This document shows, one piece after another, positions 25,282-38,309 of a stretch of DNA of 64,000 nucleotides; positions within the stretch are counted from its first letter, which is position 1, and every line of letters starts with the position of its first letter. The translations under genes were made by a program, and so were the position numbers. Under the pieces are notes generated by a model. The model saw only the letters and a list, made by a program, of their open reading frames with translations. It had not been told where the DNA came from and did not search any database. Source of the stretch: Leucoraja ocellata (taxonomy: Eukaryota); contig JAWMAR010000161.1 of the NCBI GenBank assembly GCA_036785375.1, forward strand, positions 3,348,001 through 3,412,000, written 5' to 3'.

Positions 25282-25950
25282 GTTTATTTATATTAAAATG
25301 TAACACAGAAGTTAGTCAATATGAATAATGCACACACTGCACTGACAGATAGCGACAGTGTACGAGCAGGAGAGAACGTGAAAACAAGCGCACGGATTAT
25401 AAGGAAATGTGGAAAAAATATTGGCATTGATCTAGTTTACATTTTGCAGCGGAGCAGTGGCGTATCCATCCACGATGGTCACAAATACCAGGGTATCTCT
25501 GTATAGTTTCCTGCTGATGCAACGCGGTTGCAACTGTTGAACAATCAAAAGCAACGATAGACACACAGTTCTCTGGGAAAAAAAAGACGGGGTGACTGGA
25601 GACCCTTTTTCAGACTTTTAATGGTAATTTAATAGTATGTTTTTTAAATATTGTTTTGACACTTGGCTCAGGGGAGAGGGAGACAAGGCACTAAATGCTG
25701 AGGCACTGCAAAGCAGAGGTTAAATCTTTATTAAATGTTGCAAAGAACCCTAAGACAGTCGCTATCAGTAAAGGGAAATAACTGGCATATCGACTGGATA
25801 TCGAAATTAGATGATTTTACATTATAGCTTTGCTCCGGCGCAGGTTCACGCCACGTGTAAATCAGTCATGTTTCCACTGAAATATCTTTGATTTTCTTGA
25901 AGGTGAGCCTATATATCCAAGCGTACGCAGTCTAACTAAGGCTATAGGCT

Positions 25951-26044
25951 AAGACAGACACATCATGCTGGAGTAACACAGCGGGTCAGGCAGCATCTCT
26001 GGAGAAAAAGATTGGGTGACGTTTCGGGTCGGGACCCTTCTTCA
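25951..26044 (-). mobile_element. Penelope-derived short element with hammerhead-like core
   Basis: Minus strand TTGAAGAAGGGTCCCGACCCGAAACGTCACCC..CTCCAGAGATGCTGCCTGACCCGCTG. Confidence 0.8.
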
Positions 26045-29000
26045 AGCAAACGTGCCTCTAATGATGTACCCTGGGTTAAGACCAGTACGCCTACATTTAT
26101 TGTTCCATTAGTTGCATTCCTTTCATTCCTAGTGGAATTACAGTATCAAAATCCCAGTTTCCTAAAAGACAAGTCCTACATGATTCTCAATCCGAGCAAT
26201 TTACATCTCATCCCACAAAAAAAAATAGATCTCATTATTCTGATTATTTTTGCAGTATATTTTTTTTCAGCGTCATCCTGGTACTCTCTCTTCCTTCATC
26301 ATTTTTCTTCTAATTGTAGTTTTCATTGAAGCACAAATACCAGAAGCCTGAATTTATGGCAATTCTAAAACAATACAAATATACTCAAATATGCTGAAAA
26401 GGAATAAAAGAAAACTCAAATGGAGAGAGCCTTGCCATGTTTAAACATAAGCGGTTGTTTCCTGTAATATAATTAAACAAAACATGTTATGTTCTGAAAA
26501 GATCCTCTTAACAACAGATTATTGTTGCTGAAACCGTTTGAGATTGCATTTTAAATTAGTTATTTATAGTCATTTTTCTTTAAATAAAGCACCCAATTAA
26601 ACAATGAAACACCCACTGTGTGCCACAAAAAGCCTGGAATACACTCACAGCACAAATTTAAAGAATAGTAAAATATAGGAAAATGTCACAGTACACAATA
26701 GCTCAGTTCAATCAGAAAAAAAACCCAATTCATTACGAAATAATTCTTGAAAAGAATGAAGTTATATGTAAGAAGCATAGAAGTAGTGGGTTTAGCATTC
26801 ACCACAGGCACAATTTCAAATTTAGGTATTGGTCCTCCATAGCAATACCTTTAATCTACAAAGTTATAATTAAAAAGAAGTGCATTCCTTCAATTAAGGT
26901 GTCAGAAAGAGCTATTATTACGAAAAATAGGGAAATGTTGGTTCAGTTGCTTATTTGATTTAAGGGCACAAATTGTTGAACAGTAATGACATACTATCAT
27001 ATGATTCAGGATAATATATTGATTTTATTGTACATTAATAGTTTTACTTTAGGTGAAGAATGTTCCCTAAATAATGGATTATGGACCAGCTACAAACAAA
27101 ATCATGGTTTGAAGAAACTTACGACAAATTATTCATGTTATCCAGAAATCTTTTAATGTATTCTGAAATATTATTTTTCATATGAATTAGGTGCAATGGG
27201 TTGTTGAGTGTGTTATTATAGCTGGACATAAGAATCACAAGTTTTAATATGCTAGTTTTATTGTTTTTGTGAAAATCACTGGTAGAGACTACAAAATTCC
27301 ACAAATCAATATGTATCACAATAATAGAACATAACAATGAACAGTATTTCCATAATGAATTTGTCATTATTTTGTTCAACAGCTCTGTCAAACAACTAAT
27401 CTCACTAAAGTAAAATTACCCACATTTGCAAATATAATCGAAATTTCTAGCCAAACATGCTAAATATTTTAAACTTTAGTGGCATAACCTTAATGATAGT
27501 AGACATATTTGTTTACTTGTTAACACAGTTCCCATGAAAACAGGTAATGATTAGGATGGTTTTCCTTTCTTCTTCCCAGTTCCCCAACCTGTACTGAGAT
27601 GCATTTTATTATCGCGAAAGGACATGCGTTCCTGCTTCAAAGGTTGGGAGCCACTCTTTGGTGGCACAGTGGCTTCTGTTTTAAGAAAAAAATGAACATG
27701 TTAGTTAAACTGTAATAGGTATTTATCTGCATATTTTACACATTATTTACTAGTCGTTTTGACAGATTTGAAAAATGCATATATATATATATACAACTGC
27801 AAATATACCCATTATGCCATGAGTTAAAATGCAAAGGTCTTTATAACAGTGACATTTGTTTGTAACTGCAAATATATCGTTAGAACAAACATCATTGTTT
27901 TACATACCTATGTATTTTAATTCATGACATAATACCCAATAGCTGATGCATAACGAGAGAATTTACTTTATTCCCTTTTCACAGAAGCAAGATGTTCAGC
28001 ATTGCAAAAATCCCAGGGAAATGACATGTTTAGTGGGCAGTGATGCTGTGATGTCAGATACCATGGATAACCTTTAGTGTAGAATACTTTAAATATTGTT
28101 TAGAAATTAACGTTAAAAAGAGTATCTTGAGCTATAGAAACATACTGCATTTCTGATTATTAAAAAATCTGCTCATGTTATAACGCACTACAAAACTTGA
28201 AGCTTGTTCTATTTAAGGGGAGTGAAGGGGTTAGACATTAATTGGTACAAAAAAACTCTTCTAACCAGTTTATTGAACTGTAAGTTATAAAATGGTTGTC
28301 TTGATTTTATAAAGTATATCGAGATAGATAAACACAATACCTCTTACAATAGGAGAAACCACCTACAACTTTTGGGACAACATTCTTCAAACCAGCAAAT
28401 AAAACGCATCATAATTTTGACAAAAGATTTATGTTATGTCAAAATCAAAACCAATTTGTCAGAACCAAGGAAAGAGCCGAATGAAATACCAGTGTATTTT
28501 AAAACCCTATATAATACAGCCAGAGATGCCTGTGCTTTTCTTCTTGTATAGTATCTTTGTCAAGCAAGACCTGAAGGAAAATCCTTGCAGAAGGGCAGCT
28601 TTCTTTTAAAATAGGTCGCTTGCTATTTCCTGTCGTGCTTCAGTTTTTTTTCTGTGTCCGTGGAATGACCTTTTCAAACAATTACAGCTGCCTTTTCTAG
28701 AAAAGAAAGAGCATCAGCAAGCTCAAGTCTTCGTCTACACATCAGAATGAATTTTAAATAGATCAAACCTGACCCCATGTATTAAGGAGGCTGGAGCATC
28801 GGTGCCAGAAACATCACTGATTAACAGACAAATTGTATTTTTAGTCTCATTCAATTCTTTTTTTTAAATTCCACTTCGAGGAAATTTTCATTTAACATTC
28901 TCAAAGATGTCTATTCAGTCACAATTGGAGTAGGGTTGGTGCTGCTTTCACTATTTATAGTCTTATCAAGATTTCCCCAGGGTGGTTAACAGCATAATTA

Positions 29001-29559
29001 TTAACAGTTTCTGCATTTTAATCAGTATTACTGATTGTAGGGGAGGCATCATAATTATGCCTATATTCAATATTCACAACCTCCACCGAAAAGTTAATGA
29101 AAATCGTTGTCTCACTGCCAGATCTGCTATATTACTGCTATATATTAATGAACCGTTTATAATGATTATTTAAAATTAGTAAAATGAATACATACAAGGG
29201 AAATACCTAAATCAGTCTGAAAACATCAAAATGTTTCTTTTCACTTCTATTCAATCTTAAATCATCACCAGCAGCGAGATTTTCATTAAATTGTTTAATT
29301 CAATGGTATTTTTCTATCAGATATCACCACACATGTTGGAATGCCTGACCGATGAAAAGAATCAATAAAACCTAATTTTTTTCCCTTCTTTTCAATATAT
29401 CAGCGGCAACTGTAAAGCAGAAGAATGTTGCAAAGTATTTCATTGAATTGTGATCAGATTAAAGTATGTGATGGAGGCTTGTGCTCCACTGAGAAAGGAA
29501 TGCACCCAGGTACAGAAGTCAATAAAAACTATTTAAAGCAGCTAATCGAATGCCAGTTT

Positions 29560-29970
29560 TCATTTTGAATGGGCTGCAATACTAAGGGGTGGGTGTTATT
29601 GTGCAGATATTTGAAATTCTGGTTAGACAGGAGTATTCGCAATATTATTGTAGATCTGGCCATCACACTTCAGAAAGAGTATATATTGGTCATGGAATGG
29701 TTATATGCAGATTCAAATGAATGAAACCGAGACTGTAAGAGTTTTGTAGGCAATTTTGAAGAAACTAAGTCTGTATTAACTTTTGTGTGGAAGATTGTGA
29801 TGATGCAACTGGGTTCTTTAACATGACAAATGGGTTCAATAGGGTAAATTAAGAGAAATCATTTTCTCTGGTGTGACCAACCAAAGCAAAGGGACAAACT
29901 TAAAATTAGAGCTAGATTGTTCAGTGGTGATGCCAGGAAGCAATTCTTTACTCAAATAGTTGTGCAAATC
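29560..29970 (+). mobile_element. Old CR1-type LINE 3' fragment
   Basis: Heavily decayed QLEYC..WPSHFRK..LEWL..RF, GFNRVN.EKSFSL and KGTNLKL motifs. Confidence 0.5.
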
Positions 29971-31594
29971 AAGATTTATTTTAAAGCTGACTTAAGTAGC
30001 TCAAATAAAAGCTAGATGTTGAAAGCTAGATTGTTAATTTGTAGTTTCAGACAACAGGCGCTTGAAGTAATTCTATTATTGTTCCAGCATTTCAGACCCA
30101 CCTCTGGTTTCTTTAACCTGTTCCATCAGCCCTCCTTTACACCATTGTTTTGATCACTTTTCATAAAGCAACCTATCTGTTTTTGACTTCCTTTCCACTT
30201 CCACGTTTGCTTAAAAACTACTACATAGAATTATGGAAGAATGGAGCAGAGAAGGCGGTCATTCATACCCTTCCTGGAGGAGCCCACCTTATTGAGTTGC
30301 AATTTATTTTCATTCAACTATTTATCCAATTTACTGTAGAATATTTCCCATGAATCTAATCCATGACTGAAAGTTTCTTCAGGTCACCTTGGGGTATTTT
30401 GACAAGCACCTTAAATCTGCATGGTTCAGAGACGGAGATCTCTTCATTGGATAAAGCTTCCCTTCATTCGTTTTGCCAAACCATGTATGATTTTGTAAAC
30501 ATTACCAAATCTCCTCACATATCTTAGGCCCATGGAGATGAACTCAGCTACACAAAATAACTGGTCCCCTGTACCATTAGCATTTTCGTAGATCTCATTG
30601 CATTGAATCTTGGGGTTCGAATTTCTTCTTGAAAATATGATGATTAGAATTAATCATGAATACTTGACCTTTGGCCTAGTCGGCTTTGGCACACTTTTAT
30701 TAGTTCTGTTTTCTACTCAATAATACCATTAGATGATCCTAAAAATGGATAAAATATTTAAAAAAAAACATACATTGCTGCAAGCATTTTTTTAATAGGC
30801 CATTATTGGACTTTGATAATTTGTTTTCTAAAGTTGTACACTTTCTACCAACAAATGGGGTCCCATGAATGAAATAAATATAAATTAATTACAAAGTTAA
30901 ATGAACAGTAAAGTACTATTCCTCCAAAAGGAATTATTTCATTTTTTGACATATGCTGGTTTAGCTGGGTTGTCATAGTGAGGGAATGGCTGAGAGATTG
31001 TTTGAGCACAGGGGAGGAGAAGAGGGTTAGATAACACAGGTAGGTATATTGTTTAACCTGTAGCCTTTTCAATTCGGTAATTAATTTTCGAGACAATGCA
31101 TCCCGACAGAGGTCATCCCCATAAATCAAAGTCATAAAGCACAGAAAATGACCCTATGATGTAATGAATGTACATTAACCATTAGGTATTTACAATAATC
31201 CCATTTTTATTATCTCTACATTTTCATCGACTCCCCCTGGATCCTACCACTCACCTATACCATTCACCTATACCTCAGGACCAAATTATAGTGGCTAACT
31301 AACTATTAATGTGCATGGCATTGGGATGTGGGATTGCATGTCAGGTTTGAAACCCAGTCAGTGGAATGGGAAGACCTCAGCTCTACCTGCTGCACAACAA
31401 TGCCATGTGGTTTGAGTTTTGTAGTGGTCCAAAGGAAAGACAGCCGATTATGTTAATGGCACAGACCAATTTTCTGAGTGACACAGAGAATCCAGAAATG
31501 GTCTTTAAAACAAAAGCAAAATCAAAAATTGTTGGAAGCAGGTCAATCTGGGGAAATAATTCAAATTCATGTTTGAGATCAAGGGTGCTTCTTT

Positions 31595-31596
<2 letters not shown>

Positions 31597-31654
<58 letters not shown>
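31597..31654. repeat. (TA)n microsatellite
   Basis: Seen directly, ~29 units, at the tail of a SINE. Confidence 0.95.
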
Positions 31655-31655
<1 letters not shown>

Positions 31656-32040
31656 CTTTGATTTAGAGATACAGCGTGGAAACAGGTTCTTCCGCACCAA
31701 CGATTACCTGATCATCTGACAATGTGCACTTTAACCACATGCGATTTTTTTTATATTACAAATCTCAAATTGTGGAGTACAGAGGCAAATAAATATATGA
31801 TGGGTCTTTGGCCCAAACATTATGGAGGGCACTGTCCTAGGGACAATTTATACAAGCCAATTAACCTATTAACCTGCACGTCTTTGGAGTGTGGGAGGAA
31901 ACCGGAGCACCCGGAGGAAACCTACACAGTCGCAGGTAGAAAGTGCACACTCTATACAGAAAGCATCAACAGTCAGGATCGAACCTGGGTTTTTGGCGTT
32001 GTAAGACAGCTACTCTCCTGCTGAGCCACTATGCTGCCCT
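31655..32040 (-). mobile_element. V-SINE containing a ~115 bp Tc1/mariner terminal fragment (~31720-31834)
   Basis: SINE head, V-domain and tail as in the other copies. The insert ends CCCAAACATTATGGAGGGCACTG (reverse complement CAGTGCCCTCC..., a Tc1-type terminus). Confidence 0.72.
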
Positions 32041-33339
32041 CACAGTGCTTCCCTGCATACTTTATATATACCCTGTATACTTTGTAGTCTACTTTGTAGT
32101 TCAAAGTGTATTATGCACCAATTATTTTGATGTGATCCGGGAAGGAATAGTTGTTATCCATCAAACTGAGGAAAAAACGAAATCATGCTACTTAATCCCC
32201 AAGCAAATAAAACTATAGCATTTTCACTGAAGGACATTGAGAAAAAGACCTGGTCGATCACATGCCAAGACAGAATCACAAATCAAAATAGCTGTAACAT
32301 AAACCTGAGCAGAACCAGGTGATGAATCAATACTCATCACATTCTGGATTTCTAAATATGTCGGATCATGAAAACATTGTATGAAAACTTTAGAAGAAAC
32401 ATCTCCACTTTATCTCTTCAGCTTTGATAGTCAGATGTAATTATTATTATCTGGAATGGGAGACCTCACCTTTATTTATTTATTACTTTTTAAATAAATT
32501 AGCAGTCAAACCAACATTGTTAATCAACTGGCCTATTATATTGAGGTGTTGCGGGGAACAATTGCAAGAGCAACTGAATTACAAATATATGTAAAAGAGT
32601 GGGGACAGGGGTTAAATTCCAAGATATGCAATGATTTAATGGTAATATATCTTCAAGTGAAGGACAGATGAGAGATGTGCTTGCATAGGAAACAACTGTT
32701 TTGCTACACATGTTAGTAGGGAAACTATGAGTAATCGGGTCCTGGCCTTAGCTTTTAGCAGTAACTGTGACGTGTTTTAGGCAGCAACATGAAGAATGTG
32801 ATGGACTCATGACTTTTGTGTCAGTAACATATTAGGTTTAACTTGGTCGGCCAAACCTCATCTAAAATCTTAAAATATCAAGCTGGTGCCAGACTCGTGA
32901 AGGCATGACGGCAAAAGACTCGACCCATATTTAGTAAAGAGTCCAAATAGATAGGAATTACAGCATTACTGAAATAATAAGATGCATTCATGGAAACAGC
33001 TGTTCTATTGATTCATACACTTCAAAGAGTTTTTTTGCTATCTATGCAGTGAAAAGGGAACATAGTAAAAATCTGCATCAGATACAATGACAAATCAAAT
33101 AAAGGCAGAAATATATTTACAAGTAAAAAAAAAATGTATCTCATGAGAATGAACTGGTATGGATTTCAGCTAAAGGCAATGAAAGGCATATCAAGAGGAT
33201 AGCAGAGAAGATAATGTAGTTATAGTAATGGCTTTTACAGTTGTGTTAGAGTTAATAGGACTATCCAGGACTGTGGGCAGGATTGATGAAGTCTTCAAAG
33301 TTGAACTTGGATGTATCAAGGGATATGGTGGAGACGTTG

Positions 33340-34058
33340 AAAGGCTTCTTTACTCGCCTGAAAAACCGGCAACTGGAACGGCGATGTCAGAGTGGAACAC
33401 ACACAAACACATCACCTCCTTCACCAGCCCGTTATGCAGGCGGTGGACAGGGTAAGCGGGGGGAGTGCTGTCTAAAAAATTCACATGGTGCAAAGCCAAG
33501 GAGAAACAGACACACACCGCGATGAACAGGAAGGTTGTTGGTGTAAAAAGACGGCTAAAGCACAGTCCTTTAAAAGAGGGGAGGAGAGGGGGGAGAAGCA
33601 GTGGAGACAACGTTTAAGAAGCCAGAGATACAAGGCTGTGAAGCTCGGTGGACATTTAACATTACCGGTCGGTTATCCTTTGTTCTGAAAACTACTGCTT
33701 AACTTTTTTTTCCCCAATGAGCCAATGAAATTCACCGGTCAACACCGGCTACAACCTACGAGAACCTCCGAGAAACTTCGAACTCCTGGCAACCCATTAG
33801 GACTTCCTGGCGACCCATCTACAGCTCTAGAATTCTCGCTACTCTCCATGTCGGCTTCAATCTAGTCGTCGCTAATTTTTCAAAGTTGAAAAATTCATGG
33901 CGACCATAATGAGACCGTGACTAGTTCCCAGAATGCGGTAACTCCTCACAATCATGAAGGCGACTCCCCGGCAACCACCCGCGAACATGTGGCGACCATG
34001 TGGCGACTGCATAGTCTCCTGTAGTCGCCTAAAACGTCTCCAAAGTGGGACAGGCCCA
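33340..34058. mobile_element. Non-autonomous DNA transposon fragment related to the 6351 MITE; only the right TIR is visible
   Basis: CpG-rich; ends AAAGTGGGACAGGCCC.TTAA like 6655-6673; internal GTTGAAAAATT/ACGAG motifs are shared. Confidence 0.7.
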
Positions 34059-35015
34059 TTAAGGACATAAATGCAGGCCCTGATGGTATTCACACATGGC
34101 ATGGAGAGATGTGGTCTGCAGTTGTTCATATGAACTGAACCATGGTTCAAATAATTCCAATACTTAATAAGGCAGGAAAGTCCAATTGAAAAGACTTATG
34201 ATCGATAAGCCTTATATTAATTGGATACATATTCAACTATATTCCACACACTGTATCTTCCCCTTCACTCTATCTGTTGCACTTAAGTTTGACAATTGTA
34301 CTTATGTATAGTATATTTGATCCGTTTGAATAACATGAAAAACAAAGTTTTTCACTCTACCTCGATACACATAACAATAATAAAACAAAACCCAAACCTA
34401 AACTCAAGAATGGCTTATAAATTGTACAATCAACTGGATGGAGAATTAAAAAGATGGGATCTTTAACAGGTCTTTTGGTAAAACAGTCTTGGTTCTGTCT
34501 CATTACAGAAAGCCCAAAAGTTTACGGAAGTAGGTAGCCCAAATGGTAGTGTATATTTTATCCTTGAATAATGTATAGTATTAAAAGATACGAACTATAA
34601 TCGGGTCGTCTTTACACATATAGGCATTTGACAGCATGTCTACAAATAGAAGTTCAATATGGTTTCAATCAAAAATCCATACAATGAGTATAACATGTGT
34701 ATTGTTTTATTCTTTTAAAGGTATTTCAGATTTGAAGTGATATTTGGGGGCTTATATTACATCATATATGCAGGAAACATTTTTCACAGTCAGCTCTTTC
34801 AGTCTTGAAAAATGTTTGAAGAGTTTCTCTGACCATAGAAAGGCACCTGAAACGTTTCTATTCAAACTATAGATTATTGTAGTGATCAATAAAATCAATT
34901 GTTGTTTGAATGTGCCAGAACCTCACAGGGCATTTACCTGTACGTCTGTCACTTTAACATTTTGAGTGGTACAATGATTATAAATTTCTGGTACTCAGTG
35001 AAGTAAAGATAAAGT

Positions 35016-35320
35016 GCGGCATGGTGGCGCAGCGGTAGAATTGCTGCCTTGCAGCAGAGACCCGGGTTCGATCCTGACTATGGGTGCTGTCTATATGGAG
35101 TTTGTACATTCTCCCTGTGACCACGTCGGTTTTCCCTGGGTGCTCCCGTTTCCACCCATGCTCCAAAGACGTAAAGGTTTATATGTAGATTGGCTTGGTA
35201 AAAGATTGTAAATTGCCCCTAGTGTGTAGGATAGTGCTAGTTTACGGGGGTCGCTGGTCAGAGCAGACTCGGTGGGCCATATGGCCTTTTTCCACGCTGT
35301 TCTTCTACAAACTAAAACTA
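35016..35320 (+). mobile_element. V-SINE (HE1-like), near full length
   Basis: A-box TGGCGCAGCGG, B-box GGTTCGATCC, V-domain and CTAAAACTA tail. Confidence 0.9.
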
Positions 35321-37776
35321 TTCCAGCACATGCTTACTTGCAAAACAATATAATGCTGCACTCCTAGTGAAAATAAGTGTTAGGAATTATTCAGCTTCCA
35401 GAGAGTAATAAAGTGAAAAAAATCCAATACCTATCACATCTCAGCATTTACATTATGAGTAGCAATTCTGAAGGATTAGGAATGCTGACTTACTTGTAGA
35501 TCCTGACGAATGCCAACGATTAATCTTGAATCTGTCACTTTGTTGGCTTATAGTACTGCCACTAGTTACAGAGACCAAATCTAAGTCGGAGCCTTCTCTG
35601 CCAATAGGACTTGCCTGAAGTCACAAAGCAAAAGTAAATTATTTGTTCTGCATGCAAATTGTTAATTTTTTGAACATGGAAACTGTTTATACATTTCATT
35701 GAATTACTGCGACTCCATGGGTGGTAAAACATGCAATTCATTATTGGTTCACAGAGGCTTATTTCAGATTGTTGCTCTTTAAACTTTTAAAACTTCCACA
35801 CGAGCATTCTGAAAATAAAGCCATGAGTTAATCCTAAGTAAAAATACCCACCATATTTGTAAAGTACATATAACATCTAAAATATAAATAAAATAAATGA
35901 TCAGTTCAAATAAACATTTAAAAACAAGTCTGAACTGCAAATTAACAAGAAATTATATATCATGACAAAGACCAAGAATATTGAATTTCCTCAGCAACAA
36001 GCTGGAAAAAAAGTTCTTACCATCAGTTGAACACGGCCCCCATTCAATACTTCTGGGTCCATCTCTGGCAGGAAATGATGTCTGAAAAAAACAAACATGA
36101 GAGTAATATTCACAGGGTATTTCAAGGTGAAGCACGCAGTTTAAAGTTTCTATTAACATATGATTTGAAAATAACAGTGTCAAAATAAACTTAGGCCATC
36201 ATGTGGTGGTTATTCAGAACCCAATTACATTCAATGGGAAAAATCAGTGGAGCTAAATTCCACTGGAAACATCATATTGATCCATGTTTTTGGTCTCATT
36301 GTAGAAAGCTACTCATTATCAAAATGATTAGTTGGGTATTTTCAGAGCAAAACTGTGCAGCAATATTGTTAACTGATAGTTTAATTTCTCTTATTTTTTC
36401 TAAATTGCAGATCTCAAATTATATGGCTTGTAAAACAAAATTTTTCTCAATGCACAAATTAGATGGAGGCACTATTTATGGACTATATTCACAGTACGAA
36501 ACAAACTGATCATAATTACATTGGAAGTGAACCAAGCACAAGTATGAATTTATTCTGAATTTGATCATTCCAATGCAGACACCAGTTTATCTGTAGTATC
36601 AACGCATATTTTTACTTTCAACAATCATTTCAGCTATGTTTTAAATGTAAGAAATTAGAGGCAGAAGACTACTGTCAATTTCAGTAATTGCCGAAATGGC
36701 ATTCAAAATCTGTTTAAGAATCCAACTTTACATTTCAAAATTTGTGAAATGTGAACTCAAACTATAAAAGTATCATCTGAATATTGCTCATCCTGAATCA
36801 GGAATCCATGCAGTACTTCATATTTTTACTCTGTAAACGCAGTCTATTTCATCTTATAAAAGTACTATGCCTCAGCGAAACTGCCAGTATTAATGAAGTC
36901 TGCTTTTATGGAGTACACCTGATTGTTCTGATGCTTGAAATTTGAATTCTTGTACCAAACAACGTGTAAATTATATGAATGTAACAATAATTGCATTATG
37001 AATAATTGACCGATTAATTTAGTTATGAAAATTTAACAAGGTTTTTAATTAGACTGCCAGTTTAATGCATTTTCACATAATACATGCCTGCCATTCAATG
37101 CACTGTTGGGATAAATGAATACAAGACAACAAAAACATAGGCCGTAACAAAATGCACATGATCACTCCCAAGAAGCCCGAGGGGTGGTAGACATTTTATA
37201 CAGCGTGTCTAATGGCTTCTTTGGGCCAGTCATTGCAAGCATTCAGCTGCAGGAAATTGTGAAAGAAAAGTTATATTCCAAATTCTAGTTTAAGATTAAG
37301 AATCAGTGTGGGTAGGGTGCAGTTGGCTACTTATTTACCTCTCCCACCAAGAATGATGGCCTTTCATAGTTTCAGGCCATCCTACTAGCACTCTAACTCC
37401 ACACCTTATTTATTTAGAATTACAGTGTGCAAGAAGAGAATTTACCCAGATGTAGGTTTCGGGCACTCTTAGAGAGAAATAATCCTTTAAGACATATTCA
37501 TGTTAAAAAATAAACTAGAGTAAAAAGTAAGGCAGGATCGTGGAAAAAACAAATCATCGCAAACATACAAAGTAGTATTCTAATCATTGTTAAATTTCTT
37601 GCAAAATATGGTCCAGATTTCTTTGTGAAAGAGGTAAAGCAGAACTGTTTAACTGACCCAAAATTGTCTAATTGTTCAAAATTCAAGTCCCTTATGTCTT
37701 CAAAGCAAATCGGCTGTTCAACCAAAGCTTTGGCCTAGAATTTTATTGTGAAGAAATGCAAAGATATTGAATGTAA

Positions 37777-37907
37777 TGTGTAGGAAGGAACTGCAGATGC
37801 TGGTTTACACCGAAGATAGACACAAAATGCTGGAGTAATTCAGCGGGACAGGTAATAACTCGTGAGAGAAGGAATGAATGAGGTTTTGGGTGGAGACCCT
37901 TCTCCAG
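37777..37907 (-). mobile_element. Penelope-derived short element
   Basis: GTGTAGGAAGGAACTGCAGATGCTGG..GACACAAAATGCTGGAGTAA..GAGACCCTTCTCCAG. Confidence 0.78.
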
Positions 37908-38309
37908 TAATATTCAGTAATGCAATATTAATTTACAAATCACTTCTGTGAAAACTAGAAATCAAACCTTGTTTACAAAGAACTGTATCCAAACCAACAA
38001 ATTGCATTCCAAACAGTTAAGTGCAATATGCTTTATCTGTGAATATTGTTGAGAAAACAACCAAAAATCCTATTTTTTAATTCTTTTTTTTTTACACTTA
38101 GGAAACATCCGGCAAGGCTGACAATTATAGCCATTCTTAAGTGGTCTGTAAAGGTGGTGGTGACCTTTTTTTTCTGAAAACGTGATGGTAGCCCGGTCCC
38201 AACATCAGTGCCCAACATAGGTGCATTTTCAGCCACTTACTGTACTCCCTATATACTCAAAACTGTTCAGCCAAATTCTGCTCTGACTTTATTTATATGT
38301 TTGCAGATA

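Noticed and set aside
35016-35090. tRNA gene
   Set aside because: The A and B boxes belong to a V-SINE head; there is no complete cloverleaf and the SINE body follows.
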